The position numbers and the translations under genes were made by a program. A stretch of DNA of 64,000 bases from Geopsychrobacteraceae bacterium (lineage in GTDB: Bacteria; Desulfobacterota; Desulfuromonadia; Desulfuromonadales; Geopsychrobacteraceae), in the NCBI GenBank assembly GCA_963676795.2, contig CAXXTB010000002.1:2418629-2482628 (forward strand), in the 5' to 3' direction. Positions 18,101 through 25,708 of this stretch are shown here, piece after piece (the stretch's first letter is position 1; each line of letters starts with the position of its first letter). The notes beneath the pieces were generated by a model. That model was given only the letters and a program-made list of their open reading frames with translations, was not told where the DNA came from and made no database searches.

Positions 18101-19070
18101 TCGAGGCATCTCCACTGTCGCTCCCCCATGATCCCGTATAGGTTCCTGTCGTTGCCGCCAGCTGAGTCCCGGACTGATCATAGACGTAAATTGTTTTGCG
18201 CCGGTTGGTGATATCGGCGACAGCGGCAACAAAGTACCACTGGTCATTCTGAACAACAGCAGGTGTATCCAGGTAAACGGGAGATGTACTGCGGGAATAC
18301 AACCTGACGCGCCCGGTACCGCCATCGGCAAGGCTGAAACCGAAGCCTTGCGAATTGTTCGGGTCATCGATCAAGATCCGTTGATGAGGCCGGGTATTAT
18401 CCTGGGTGCGGATCCAGGCCGTGACGGTGAAATCGTTCGTCAGGTCCGGATAGCCTGTAGGTAGCGCGACATAATCATCTACACCATCAAAGACCCCGTA
18501 ACCACAGGTCCCGACGGCTCCCGGAATCGCAGGAGAAGCTGAGGCCGTGGTCGCGCCATCATGTGCTGTTGCATGAAAGTTATTACCACCACTGTCATAG
18601 ATCTCTTCCGCAGTTCCATCCCATGAAGTCTCATCAAAGTGATAGCTGTTCTGAAAATTGTTTGTCACAACATCAAGTTGTCTCACATATGGGGCACTGG
18701 CCCCAGAACCACAGTGATTGTCGTCATAAACGATAAATTCAAGAGTATGGGTTCCGGTTGAGCTTGGGGCGCTGACAGAGAATGAATCGCTGTAACTGCC
18801 AGCCGCATTATAATTCGCAGTATTCACACAGGTTGCAGTAGCTCCGTCAAGGCTCCAGCTTGTCGTTCTCCAGCGATGGTCACTACCATCTGTCGTGACA
18901 AAAATTTCAGTTGTTATAGACGATGAGACCTCAGCTGTGACGGTACCGGACGTCGATCCGCTCAGGGAAACGGATGTAATGGTTCTGGCCGCTTCAGCGA
19001 CCGAGGCGAACCAGAACAAAGGCAAAATGATCAAAACAGTTATCCATAATCTACGACGTCTCAATTTCAT
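15183..19070 (-). CDS. mshQ: MSHA biogenesis protein MshQ-like adhesin (LamG + lectin-like + DUF6701)
   Basis: Signal peptide; LamG-like QWYFVAAV...FEGNIDEVRV; lectin-like GADG...GGSLGYAQ...IDEYGNF; VGRFIP, RYGQL..NAYGPE, ASFGIYKG..IYMRE; last gene of the msh cluster. Confidence 0.85.
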   Translation of the reverse strand: MKLRRRRLWITVLIILPLFWFASVAEAARTITSVSLSGSTSGTVTAEVSSSITTEIFVTTDGSDHRWRTTSWSLDGATATCVNTANYNAAGSYSDSFSVSAPSSTGTHTLEFIVYDDNHCGSGASAPYVRQLDVVTNNFQNSYHFDETSWDGTAEEIYDSGGNNFHATAHDGATTASASPAIPGAVGTCGYGVFDGVDDYVALPTGYPDLTNDFTVTAWIRTQDNTRPHQRILIDDPNNSQGFGFSLADGGTGRVRLYSRSTSPVYLDTPAVVQNDQWYFVAAVADITNRRKTIYVYDQSGTQLAATTGTYTGSWGSDSGDASIGGENDASGESGYHFEGNIDEVRVHSGALTAADIDVLRTETHSCQLTCFNDDFNRTDLGSDWAVSSRYGSFGVPRIVNNRLRLTDSSTYVATVASLLRLFPGAGNKIVYEFDQYAYNGSGADGMTVVLSDASITPVPGGYGGSLGYAQRSGQSGFTGGWLGMAIDEYGNFANDNEGRGDGGAPTARVLDSVTVRGSGAGMIGYLLHGNSGDLRVATGVGIDNSGSTTAAYGHRYRVTVDHTDNSHAWVTIDRDINDGSGYQTIVGPYDAMAQTNQAAVPTNWLFSMTGSTGGSRNIHEIDNLQVCATYMGSYNTIDHYRIYHDGSGLTCSPEYVSVQACMDADCTVTYAGQASAVLTTSSGWSSTQAFLSDLSNNAYLRSMTPGTVSFNIVGSSSDFVADDSPRCFIGATEQADCSMEFYDSGFIFDVPDHVAATSQSVTLSAVRTDVTTQQCVPGFSGVTRNLTFSSSYDNPTSGTLPVSVNSNSIASGGTGLALGFDANGEAALDVSYVDVGQITLTASYAGSVANGDDGLVMTGNDSFITRPDHFDLTIPANPSPVATDALGGVLTRAGDNFDVEVAARNANGDAAPNYGREVTPESVGLSAILVAPAGQSNPGIAGSFNAFGSDCAGTIRAGYACGQFSWGEVGIITLSPQVADGNYLGSGNVTGNTSENVGRFIPAYFSLADNGPSFADANGSFTYLGQPFSYLVPPRWTLTARNRSGGITSNYGVDFWHLNSALTQRSYQDNSGSLGGLAVTTSGAVSWSGTGDYDGVGQVSLTGEYLSYVKTAVAEGPLSTNIDLTLATADLTDSDAVCYDAEPDGTCDAYSISAISGTEQRYGQLLVQNAYGPETMDLTIPVLVEYFNGSAFVQNIADSSTAVSSANLILSDYAGTLVAGDTTPGGGGALSLGRSQAISLSAPLASHEGSVKLQYDLSAYHWLRQKDGTDPTARASFGIYKGNEKLIYMRESLW

Positions 19071-19465
19071 GGAAACCCAACCCTTATTTCTGCTGTCCTG
19101 GATATGTAATCGACGGATCCAACGGCTCCATAGACTGCTGTGGCACTAATCCGATAGATGTTGTACGGCCCTGTCGCTCCTTCCGTGAAGGATTGACTCG
19201 TACAGCTCACCGCGACCGCAAAGTCGTCAACAGTAAAACTGCCGTTGCAGTCATTGCCGGCAGCAGCTCGCGCTGCCCCCCAGTCGAGCCCGCTGCGGGC
19301 GGCCTGATAGGCGCGCGCCTGCTGGACGGCCATAACCGACGTTGCACTCTGCACCCCGATCAGGCGCATCATGGCGAGCCCCAGCAGGCTGAGTACGACC
19401 ACGGCAAAGATGGCCTGAACCAGGGTAAACCCGGCCTGATTATGATAGCGGACTAGACCTTTCAT
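19067..19465 (-). CDS. mshP: MSHA minor pilin MshP
   Basis: GFTLVQAIF (no Glu5), RAYQAARSGLDWG, DYISR; position after mshO. Confidence 0.82.
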   Translation of the reverse strand: MKGLVRYHNQAGFTLVQAIFAVVVLSLLGLAMMRLIGVQSATSVMAVQQARAYQAARSGLDWGAARAAAGNDCNGSFTVDDFAVAVSCTSQSFTEGATGPYNIYRISATAVYGAVGSVDYISRTAEIRVGFP

Positions 19466-20283
19466 GGCACATTCACCACATGAACCTGATGCAACAGGGT
19501 GATGGTCTCCCCTTCTTCGCTCAGGGTCAGCTCCATCGTGACCAGCCCGGCGCGCTGACTGGCCCCCGGATCGTAGCTGAATGAGCAGCCGGTCACGCCG
19601 GAAGTCACCTGAGCCCCGCCACTTGCAGGCGTCGGCTGAGTCGCATTGAATCCGTAGCCATCATAGCGCATCAGCGAGCCCCCTACGCAGCCGTAAGTCA
19701 CCGGTCCGTCAGAAAGATAGAAACGTTGATAGGGGGAGCGATGAGCAAATTTGAAACCAGAGGACAAGACGAGGTGCGAAGTGCTGTTACTACTGCCACT
19801 GGCGCTGACACTGCCGATCAGTGCCCGGTTATCCGGCGTTCCGGCATAGGCATTGGCCACCGCTCCGCTTGAGGTCACATTATAGATGATAAGCGAGTCA
19901 CCATCATTAGGCACGCGTGACAAATCCCCCAGAACGTCAAATTCAAGATCCGCAGCATCGAAATCGAGGATATCGCCCGTGGTTCCGTCAAGATAGGCCC
20001 GGTAACGCCCGCCATCCAAGGTATTGATCAATTCAAGATAGTGCGCAGTACCATCAACACGAATACTGTTCGGCAGGGCGTGACGGATATCCCGCTGCAT
20101 GCGGCGTAGCGCCATTTCGGCCTGATCGACCAGCCGCGTTCTTCTCGCCAGATCGGTGTACCCCTTGACCGGAGCGACGATCAGCTTGCCACCCAGCGCA
20201 CTGAGAATCCCGATGACCAGGATCACCACGATCAGCTCGACGAGGGTGAAGCCACGCTGATTTTTTTCAGATGCTGTCCGCAT
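19462..20283 (-). CDS. mshO: MSHA minor pilin MshO
   Basis: GFTLVELI prepilin motif, RDIRHALPNSIR, QRAGLV, HQVHVVNVP. Confidence 0.88.
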   Translation of the reverse strand: MRTASEKNQRGFTLVELIVVILVIGILSALGGKLIVAPVKGYTDLARRTRLVDQAEMALRRMQRDIRHALPNSIRVDGTAHYLELINTLDGGRYRAYLDGTTGDILDFDAADLEFDVLGDLSRVPNDGDSLIIYNVTSSGAVANAYAGTPDNRALIGSVSASGSSNSTSHLVLSSGFKFAHRSPYQRFYLSDGPVTYGCVGGSLMRYDGYGFNATQPTPASGGAQVTSGVTGCSFSYDPGASQRAGLVTMELTLSEEGETITLLHQVHVVNVP

Positions 20284-20305
20284 AAAATCCACTTAAAGGT
20301 ATTTT

Positions 20306-20419
20306 TCCTCCCTCTCCTGAGTACCCAAAGGGCATAAAAGAGAGGGTCGTGGTGAAGGGGGCCTCTAAAAATCCCCCCTCATCCGTCCTACTGGCACCTT
20401 CTCCCTCAGGGAGAAGGAA
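20306..20419. repeat. multi-hairpin intergenic palindromic element (RIME/CIR-like) between mshD and mshO
   Basis: CCCTCTC...GAGAGGG, then GGTGAAGGGG...CCCCCTCATCC, then CCTTCTCCCT-C-AGGGAGAAGG. Confidence 0.65.
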
Positions 20420-20425
20420 CTTTCA

Positions 20426-20893
20426 TCAGTAATCAGCCCGGTAACCGCTCAGGGTCAAAGCCTGCCCGGCCGGGTCGGTCACTGTCACCTCGATCCGGTA
20501 GCCGGAAACAGTCGCAGCAGTCGGCCCGAAACTTTGAGCTATGGCACTGACCGCAACCGAATAGCCTGAGAGACCGCTGAGCAGATTGCCGTAGACATCT
20601 CTCGCTCCGCTATCATTCAGGCCATGATAATCATCCACATCGTCATAGAGTGCGCGTAACGTTTCGCTATCTGTCCCGTCAGGGTCGCTGACCGCCTTCA
20701 GACAGATCTCTTCCATATAGGACTCGGCAATCGCCAGTGCCTGCTGACGCAACACGGGATCGGCGGAATGGCTGGTTGCGTAGTTGATGGCCAGCATGAC
20801 CCCGCTCATAGCAATCGCCAGAACAACCATGGCAATGACCAGTTCGATCAGGGTAAAGCCCTTGTTATTGCGAGAAGAAAGACGAGCACTCAT
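20426..20893 (-). CDS. mshD: MSHA minor pilin MshD
   Basis: GFTLIELV, SADP, AESYMEEI, YDDVDDYHG, LSGYRADY. Confidence 0.88.
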   Translation of the reverse strand: MSARLSSRNNKGFTLIELVIAMVVLAIAMSGVMLAINYATSHSADPVLRQQALAIAESYMEEICLKAVSDPDGTDSETLRALYDDVDDYHGLNDSGARDVYGNLLSGLSGYSVAVSAIAQSFGPTAATVSGYRIEVTVTDPAGQALTLSGYRADY

Positions 20894-21321
20894 GGCGCCC
20901 CCACATAGCCGGTTTCTGCCACGACGCTGATATTTCGACCATCGACAAGAATCGTCGTTGAACTTGACACCCGCCCCATCGCATCGAAATCAAGAGTGAC
21001 GGCCGGAGAAATGGCAACACCTGTGAAACTATTTTGAGACAGAGGATGACTGTCGTTGAGGACGACGAAACTGCCACTGGTACAGCCATCGCGTTGCTGA
21101 AGAGAGTAGCCCGTAGCTGAGATCTGCGCCCGCACATCGCAGCCGCCGGCGACAGCCAGTTTCTGGGCATAGCGCAGCGCAGAGGCGACCTCGTCATAAG
21201 CCGCACGTCCGCTGTAGCTGCCAAGCTCAAAGAACCTGGGCAGAGCAAAAACTGCCAGAATACCCAGAAGCAGGATCACGGCAACCAGTTCAACCAGGGT
21301 GAAGCCATCGTCTGTCCGCAT
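20890..21321 (-). CDS. mshC: MSHA minor pilin MshC
   Basis: GFTLVELV, LPRF, SALRYAQ, FDAMGR, ETGYV. Confidence 0.85.
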   Translation of the reverse strand: MRTDDGFTLVELVAVILLLGILAVFALPRFFELGSYSGRAAYDEVASALRYAQKLAVAGGCDVRAQISATGYSLQQRDGCTSGSFVVLNDSHPLSQNSFTGVAISPAVTLDFDAMGRVSSSTTILVDGRNISVVAETGYVGAP

Positions 21322-21349
21322 GACCACTATCACCAAAACAGGGAGAACG

Positions 21350-21374
21350 CAAAACGGGGCCAGATGGCCCCGTT
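21350..21374 (-). terminator. hairpin terminator/attenuator after the major pilin gene
   Basis: Minus strand AACGGGGCC-ATCT-GGCCCCGTTTT, between mshA and mshC. Confidence 0.65.
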
Positions 21375-21408
21375 AAGTCGTTTATATGACCAGTAGAATC
21401 CCAAAGAC

Positions 21409-21858
21409 TTACTGACAGGTTGTACTGATTGTGGCAGTGGCTGGCACAATCACGTTTGGAGTCACAGCTGTATTCAAAGTCGCCTCAGCATAAGTGACAG
21501 TACAGTTAGTACCACCGGTTAAAGTAAAAACCCCTGTTGAAGCATCATAGGAATAATCAGAACTCAGGTTGATAGCATCATCAATTGAAGCAATATCAGG
21601 ATAACCATAGTCCATGGTGATACTCGTTCCTTCCATAGTAATAGTCGCTCCGGTTGAATTGGAGACACCATCAACTAACGCTTGAGCATGGGACAGTGCC
21701 ATCGCACTACGAACTGAACCGAAGAGTCCTTCAAGGCTGGCCTGACGCGCATCCGACTGCATATCGACAAACTTCGGCACCGCAACGGCAGCCAGAATAC
21801 CCAGAATAACGATGACAACAACCAGTTCGATCAGGGTAAAACCATTTTGATTACGCAT
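21409..21858 (-). CDS. mshA: MSHA major pilin MshA
   Basis: MRNQNG|FTLIELVVVIVILGILAAVAVPKF, YGYP motif, C-terminal Cys pair. Confidence 0.88.
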   Translation of the reverse strand: MRNQNGFTLIELVVVIVILGILAAVAVPKFVDMQSDARQASLEGLFGSVRSAMALSHAQALVDGVSNSTGATITMEGTSITMDYGYPDIASIDDAINLSSDYSYDASTGVFTLTGGTNCTVTYAEATLNTAVTPNVIVPATATISTTCQ

Positions 21859-21907
21859 TGTGTTCATTCTCCATTTCTTCGTGTAAAGGCTCGTCACTAT
21901 AAATAAC

Positions 21908-22447
21908 TCAATCCCAGGGACTCAACCAGCGATAGGGCTCAGACTCCCTGAGTGTCAATCCTTCAATACTTTTTTCTCCAGACACTCCCTTATCGGACAG
22001 AATTGGAGAAATCTTAAATTCCAGCCGTTTGGGATTATCCAAAGCGGTCTGACAATAGCGGCCGTTGCGCACGACATAATAAAGAATTCCGCTGCGGCTA
22101 TCGAAATACCAGAATCCGGGGTTCAGATTCATTAGCGTAACACCGGAATACGCCCCCCGGTAGTTCTCAGGCCGCTCGTCGAGCAGATCCATCGGGTTGC
22201 TGCCGACCAGCTCGTTCAGCCGGTGCTTTTCACCGGAGACAATATATTTCGCCACCTGGATACCGATGGCGCTGCGTATTACGCCGACATCGTGCTGAAT
22301 CTTTGTTCGCTCGACATCAACCATCAGCTTCTGATAATAGCTCAAGGCGACAAATCCAATGATACTGACGACAATGATCACGACGACCATCTCCAGGAGC
22401 GTAACCCCCTGATCATTCTTCATTGGATTTTTAAAATTATCCTTCAT
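21908..22447 (-). CDS. pilin-like protein in the mshF/mshB position
   Basis: G|VTLLEMVVVIIVV prepilin motif, NPMDLL...NYRG, PGFWYFD, PYRW; lies between mshG and mshA. The start could also be 22423. Confidence 0.75.
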   Translation of the reverse strand: MKDNFKNPMKNDQGVTLLEMVVVIIVVSIIGFVALSYYQKLMVDVERTKIQHDVGVIRSAIGIQVAKYIVSGEKHRLNELVGSNPMDLLDERPENYRGAYSGVTLMNLNPGFWYFDSRSGILYYVVRNGRYCQTALDNPKRLEFKISPILSDKGVSGEKSIEGLTLRESEPYRWLSPWD

Positions 22448-22477
22448 TATATATATTTAATCAAGTACAAAAATGTA

Positions 22478-23701
22478 TCATCTGTGCAAACTGCCTAAAT
22501 TCCACATCGGCAGGAACACGCCCAGCGCCAGGATCAGAACCATGACGCCGATCAGGATAATCATGATCGGTTCGATGGCACTGGAGAGACTCTTGAGATC
22601 GTAATCGACCTCACGCTCGTAAAAATCGGCGACGTCCTTGAGCATGGTATCGACAGCGCCCGACTCTTCGCCGACGGCGAGCATCTGCAGAACCAGCGGA
22701 GTAAACAGGCCACTCTGGGTCGCACTGCGAGTCAGGGTATCGCCCCGTTCGACGCCGTTACGGATCAGCTCGATCTTTTCGCCGACATAGACATTATTGA
22801 CCGCCCGGGCGGTAAAACCAAGCGCCTGAGACAGTGGAATCCCCGCCGTGTAGCCCATATTGAAGCCACGCGAAAAACGCACCAGGGTCGAACGCAGAAC
22901 GATATCACCAACGAGCGGAATTCTCAGTTTGTAACGATCCCAGAGGTAACGCCCCTTGGCGGTCTTCACAATCCTTCTGACCAGAAAAAACACCAGCACG
23001 ACCAACACCAGCAAAACCGGCCAGTAACCGATCATGAACTTCGACAGCCCCATGATGATACGGGTCGGCAGTGGCAGATCGGCACCTGCGCTGGCAAACA
23101 CCTTTTCAAAGGCGGGAATGACAAACAGGCTGACGAAAACAATGGCGAAAACGATAGCGATAACGACAAAGGTCGGATAGCGCATCGCCGCCTTGACCCG
23201 GCTGATCGTCTCTTTCTCCTGCTCGAAATAACCGGCCAGCTCGAGAAAAACCTGTTCCAGCTTACCAGTCACCTCACCGACCTGAACCATCCGGCAGAGC
23301 AGTGGCGGGAAAACATTGAGATGACGGCTGAACGCACCGGACAGATCCATTCCGCCTTCCAGATCGTCGACAACATCGGCCAGGGCACGACCAAGCGTTT
23401 CGTTACGGGAGGTCTCGACCAGGCCGCGCAGTGCCCTGATCAGTGGCACCCCCGCAGCATTCAGGGTGTACATCTGGCGACAGAAGAGGATCAGATCATC
23501 GAGACCGACCTTCGGCCTTCTACGCAGACTGATCTTGCCAACGGCGCTTTTGCTCTTCGGCGGAACGATCTCATCGATCCGGATCGGCAGCGCCTGGCTA
23601 GCCTGAAACTGCGAAGCCAGAGTGTCAGCGGAGAGGGCTTCGACCTCCCCTTCCGCTATCGAGCCGTCTGCTGTCCGAATTTTGTACCTGAAATAAGGCA
23701 T
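22478..23701 (-). CDS. mshG: MSHA inner-membrane platform protein MshG (PilC/GspF family)
   Basis: FCRQMYTL..AGVPL, VGEVTGKL, AMRYP, VGEESG, AIEP, VFLPMW. Confidence 0.92.
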   Translation of the reverse strand: MPYFRYKIRTADGSIAEGEVEALSADTLASQFQASQALPIRIDEIVPPKSKSAVGKISLRRRPKVGLDDLILFCRQMYTLNAAGVPLIRALRGLVETSRNETLGRALADVVDDLEGGMDLSGAFSRHLNVFPPLLCRMVQVGEVTGKLEQVFLELAGYFEQEKETISRVKAAMRYPTFVVIAIVFAIVFVSLFVIPAFEKVFASAGADLPLPTRIIMGLSKFMIGYWPVLLVLVVLVFFLVRRIVKTAKGRYLWDRYKLRIPLVGDIVLRSTLVRFSRGFNMGYTAGIPLSQALGFTARAVNNVYVGEKIELIRNGVERGDTLTRSATQSGLFTPLVLQMLAVGEESGAVDTMLKDVADFYEREVDYDLKSLSSAIEPIMIILIGVMVLILALGVFLPMWNLGSLHR

Positions 23702-25504
23702 CTATCGATCCGTTACCGGCTGTTCAAGGTTCACTTCTCGACCATTATCCGAGGTTGAACCATACTGGGCAAGACTCTCATCGATCTGACCGGCGATGCG
23801 CATAACCTCTTCGAGCGTGGTCACCCCTTCAAGAGCAAGGCTCAGCGCGCTGTCGGTCAGACTGACAAACTGGGGCATACGCTGGGCCGTCAACGCGAAA
23901 CCGGCACTGTCGTTGCGCCGCAAGGCATCCGCCAGGTCGAAATTGATCTCCAGAAGTTCAAAAATACCGATCCGCCCGCTGTAACCGGTATTGCCGCAGG
24001 CCGGGCAGCCCCGTCCGTGGAGGAACCGGCGCTCATTCTCCGCCGGCAGGCTGACCCTGCCGTTGTAGCTCTTTAACCAGCTGCGGCTGTTGACATCAAG
24101 CTCGTCGGCACAGCTGCAGCTGACACAGATGCGCCGCACCAGGCGCTGGGCCAGAACCGCTCTCAAGGAGCTGGCGACCACGTAGCCTTCGGTCCCCATC
24201 TCGATCAGGCGCAGCGCCGTGCTGATCGAGTCGTTGGTGTGCAGCGTCGACAGAACCAGGTGGCCGGTCATCGCGGCACGCAGAGCGATATCGCTGGTCT
24301 CCTTGTCACGCATCTCGCCGACCATGACGATATCGGGATCCTGGCGCAGTCCGGCGCGCAGCACCCGGGCGAAATCGAGACCAATCTTCGGATGAACCTG
24401 AACCTGATTGATGCGCGGCAGACGGTATTCGACCGGGTCCTCAACGGTAATGATCTTCTTCTCGGTGCTGTTCAGTTCGTTCAGCGCCCCGTAAAGGGTT
24501 GTCGTCTTACCGCTACCGGTCGGGCCGGTGACCAGCACCAGGCCGTGCGGATTGTGCAACTGCTGACGAAAACGCCTAAGCAGCGCCGGTGACATACCGA
24601 CATGTTCCAGCTGCAGGATACCGCTCGACTGGTCGAGCAGACGCATGACCACCGATTCACCGTACTGCAGCGGCATGGTGGAGAGACGCACATCGACACT
24701 GCGCCCCTTGACGCGAATATTGAAACGGCCGTCCTGGGGCAGACGCCGCTCCGAGATATCCAGACCGCAGACCAGCTTGAGGCGCGAAACCAGCGCCGAT
24801 GCGATACGCCGCTCCTTCATGACCTGTTCGTGCAGCACGCCGTCGATCCGCTGGCGAATGCGCAGCACCTTCTCATCCGGTTCGATATGGATATCGGACG
24901 CGCCCACCTGGACGGCATCCTCGAACAGGGAGCGCAGCAGACGTACAACCGGAGCATCCTCAACAGCGGTCTCGCTGAGCAGCTGTTCGAGGTTGGTGTC
25001 CCCCTGGGAAAGCTCTTCACCGAGTTCCTCGGCAATGGTGACAATCTCCTGGGTCCGCCGGTAAACCGTATCGAGCGCCTTGAGCAGTTCCGTTTCGTAG
25101 ACAACCGCCTGACGGATCGGCTTCTTGAGCAATTTCGCCAGTTCATCATAGGCGTAGATATCGGTCGGATCAGCGACACCGACCAGCAGATGTCCCGCCT
25201 CCTCCTTGAGCACAATGGCGCGGAAACGGCGCGCGGCAGTCTCCGGCAGCAGGCGCACTGTATCCGGCGAATAATTGTAATGCTTCAGATCGATAAAGGC
25301 CAGGCTCAGCTGGCTGGCGAGAAATTCATGAAACTGTTGCGAGGTCACCAGTCCCAGCTCAACCAGGGTGTTGCCCAGCTTGCCGCCGGTTTTCTTCTGG
25401 GTCGCCAGGGCGTGCAGCAGCTGCTCATCGGTGATGACCCCGTTTTTAACCAGGAGGTCGCCGATCCGAATCTTCTGTCGTGGTCGATTTGGTTGTTCAT
25501 TCAT
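23702..25504 (-). CDS. mshE: MSHA extension ATPase MshE (PilB/GspE family) with MshEN c-di-GMP-binding domain
   Basis: RIGDLLVKNGVI...LATQ and KLGNTLVELGLV repeats, ASDIHIEP, Walker A GPTGSGKT, RQDPD, CxxC pairs. The ATG at 25504 is preferred to 25684. Confidence 0.92.
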   Translation of the reverse strand: MNEQPNRPRQKIRIGDLLVKNGVITDEQLLHALATQKKTGGKLGNTLVELGLVTSQQFHEFLASQLSLAFIDLKHYNYSPDTVRLLPETAARRFRAIVLKEEAGHLLVGVADPTDIYAYDELAKLLKKPIRQAVVYETELLKALDTVYRRTQEIVTIAEELGEELSQGDTNLEQLLSETAVEDAPVVRLLRSLFEDAVQVGASDIHIEPDEKVLRIRQRIDGVLHEQVMKERRIASALVSRLKLVCGLDISERRLPQDGRFNIRVKGRSVDVRLSTMPLQYGESVVMRLLDQSSGILQLEHVGMSPALLRRFRQQLHNPHGLVLVTGPTGSGKTTTLYGALNELNSTEKKIITVEDPVEYRLPRINQVQVHPKIGLDFARVLRAGLRQDPDIVMVGEMRDKETSDIALRAAMTGHLVLSTLHTNDSISTALRLIEMGTEGYVVASSLRAVLAQRLVRRICVSCSCADELDVNSRSWLKSYNGRVSLPAENERRFLHGRGCPACGNTGYSGRIGIFELLEINFDLADALRRNDSAGFALTAQRMPQFVSLTDSALSLALEGVTTLEEVMRIAGQIDESLAQYGSTSDNGREVNLEQPVTDR

Positions 25505-25559
25505 CAAAGCACCTGCCTTAGCTTGTTGCCTTCCGGAAACTCCGGAAGGCAACGCGTAA

Positions 25560-25698
25560 GTTTTTAGATTGGAAACGAGCAATTTTTCCCGTGGCAAGAA
25601 AATCAAGGACTTGCGCGGAGGCGTATTACTTACGCCGCACAAGCAAGCCCGCAGATTGACGCCGCCACAGCGGAAAAGGGCCATTTCCGGATAAAAAC
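25560..25698. mobile_element. about 139-bp MITE-like imperfect palindrome between mshN and mshE
   Basis: Ends GTTTTTAGATTGGAAA / TTTCCGGATAAAAAC; nested pairs TTTTCC/GGAAAA, GTGGC/GCCAC, AATC/GATT, CTTGC/GCAAG, GGCGTA/TACGCC. Confidence 0.65.
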
Positions 25699-25708
25699 AA
25701 GCTCATGG

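Noticed and set aside
21409..21858. MshA as a conductive e-pilin
   Set aside because: It is a full-length (about 143 aa mature) MSHA-type pilin with only about 9 F/Y residues and long aromatic-free gaps, unlike short aromatic-dense Geobacter PilA.
25505..25684. 60-aa N-terminal extension of MshE in the ORF track
   Set aside because: It derives from the palindromic element and hairpin; family similarity begins at MNEQ (25504).
25505..25708. c-di-GMP/GEMM riboswitch upstream of mshE
   Set aside because: The GEMM hallmarks (GGCAAAC...GAAA...GACGCAAAGC) are absent; the region is a simple long palindrome.
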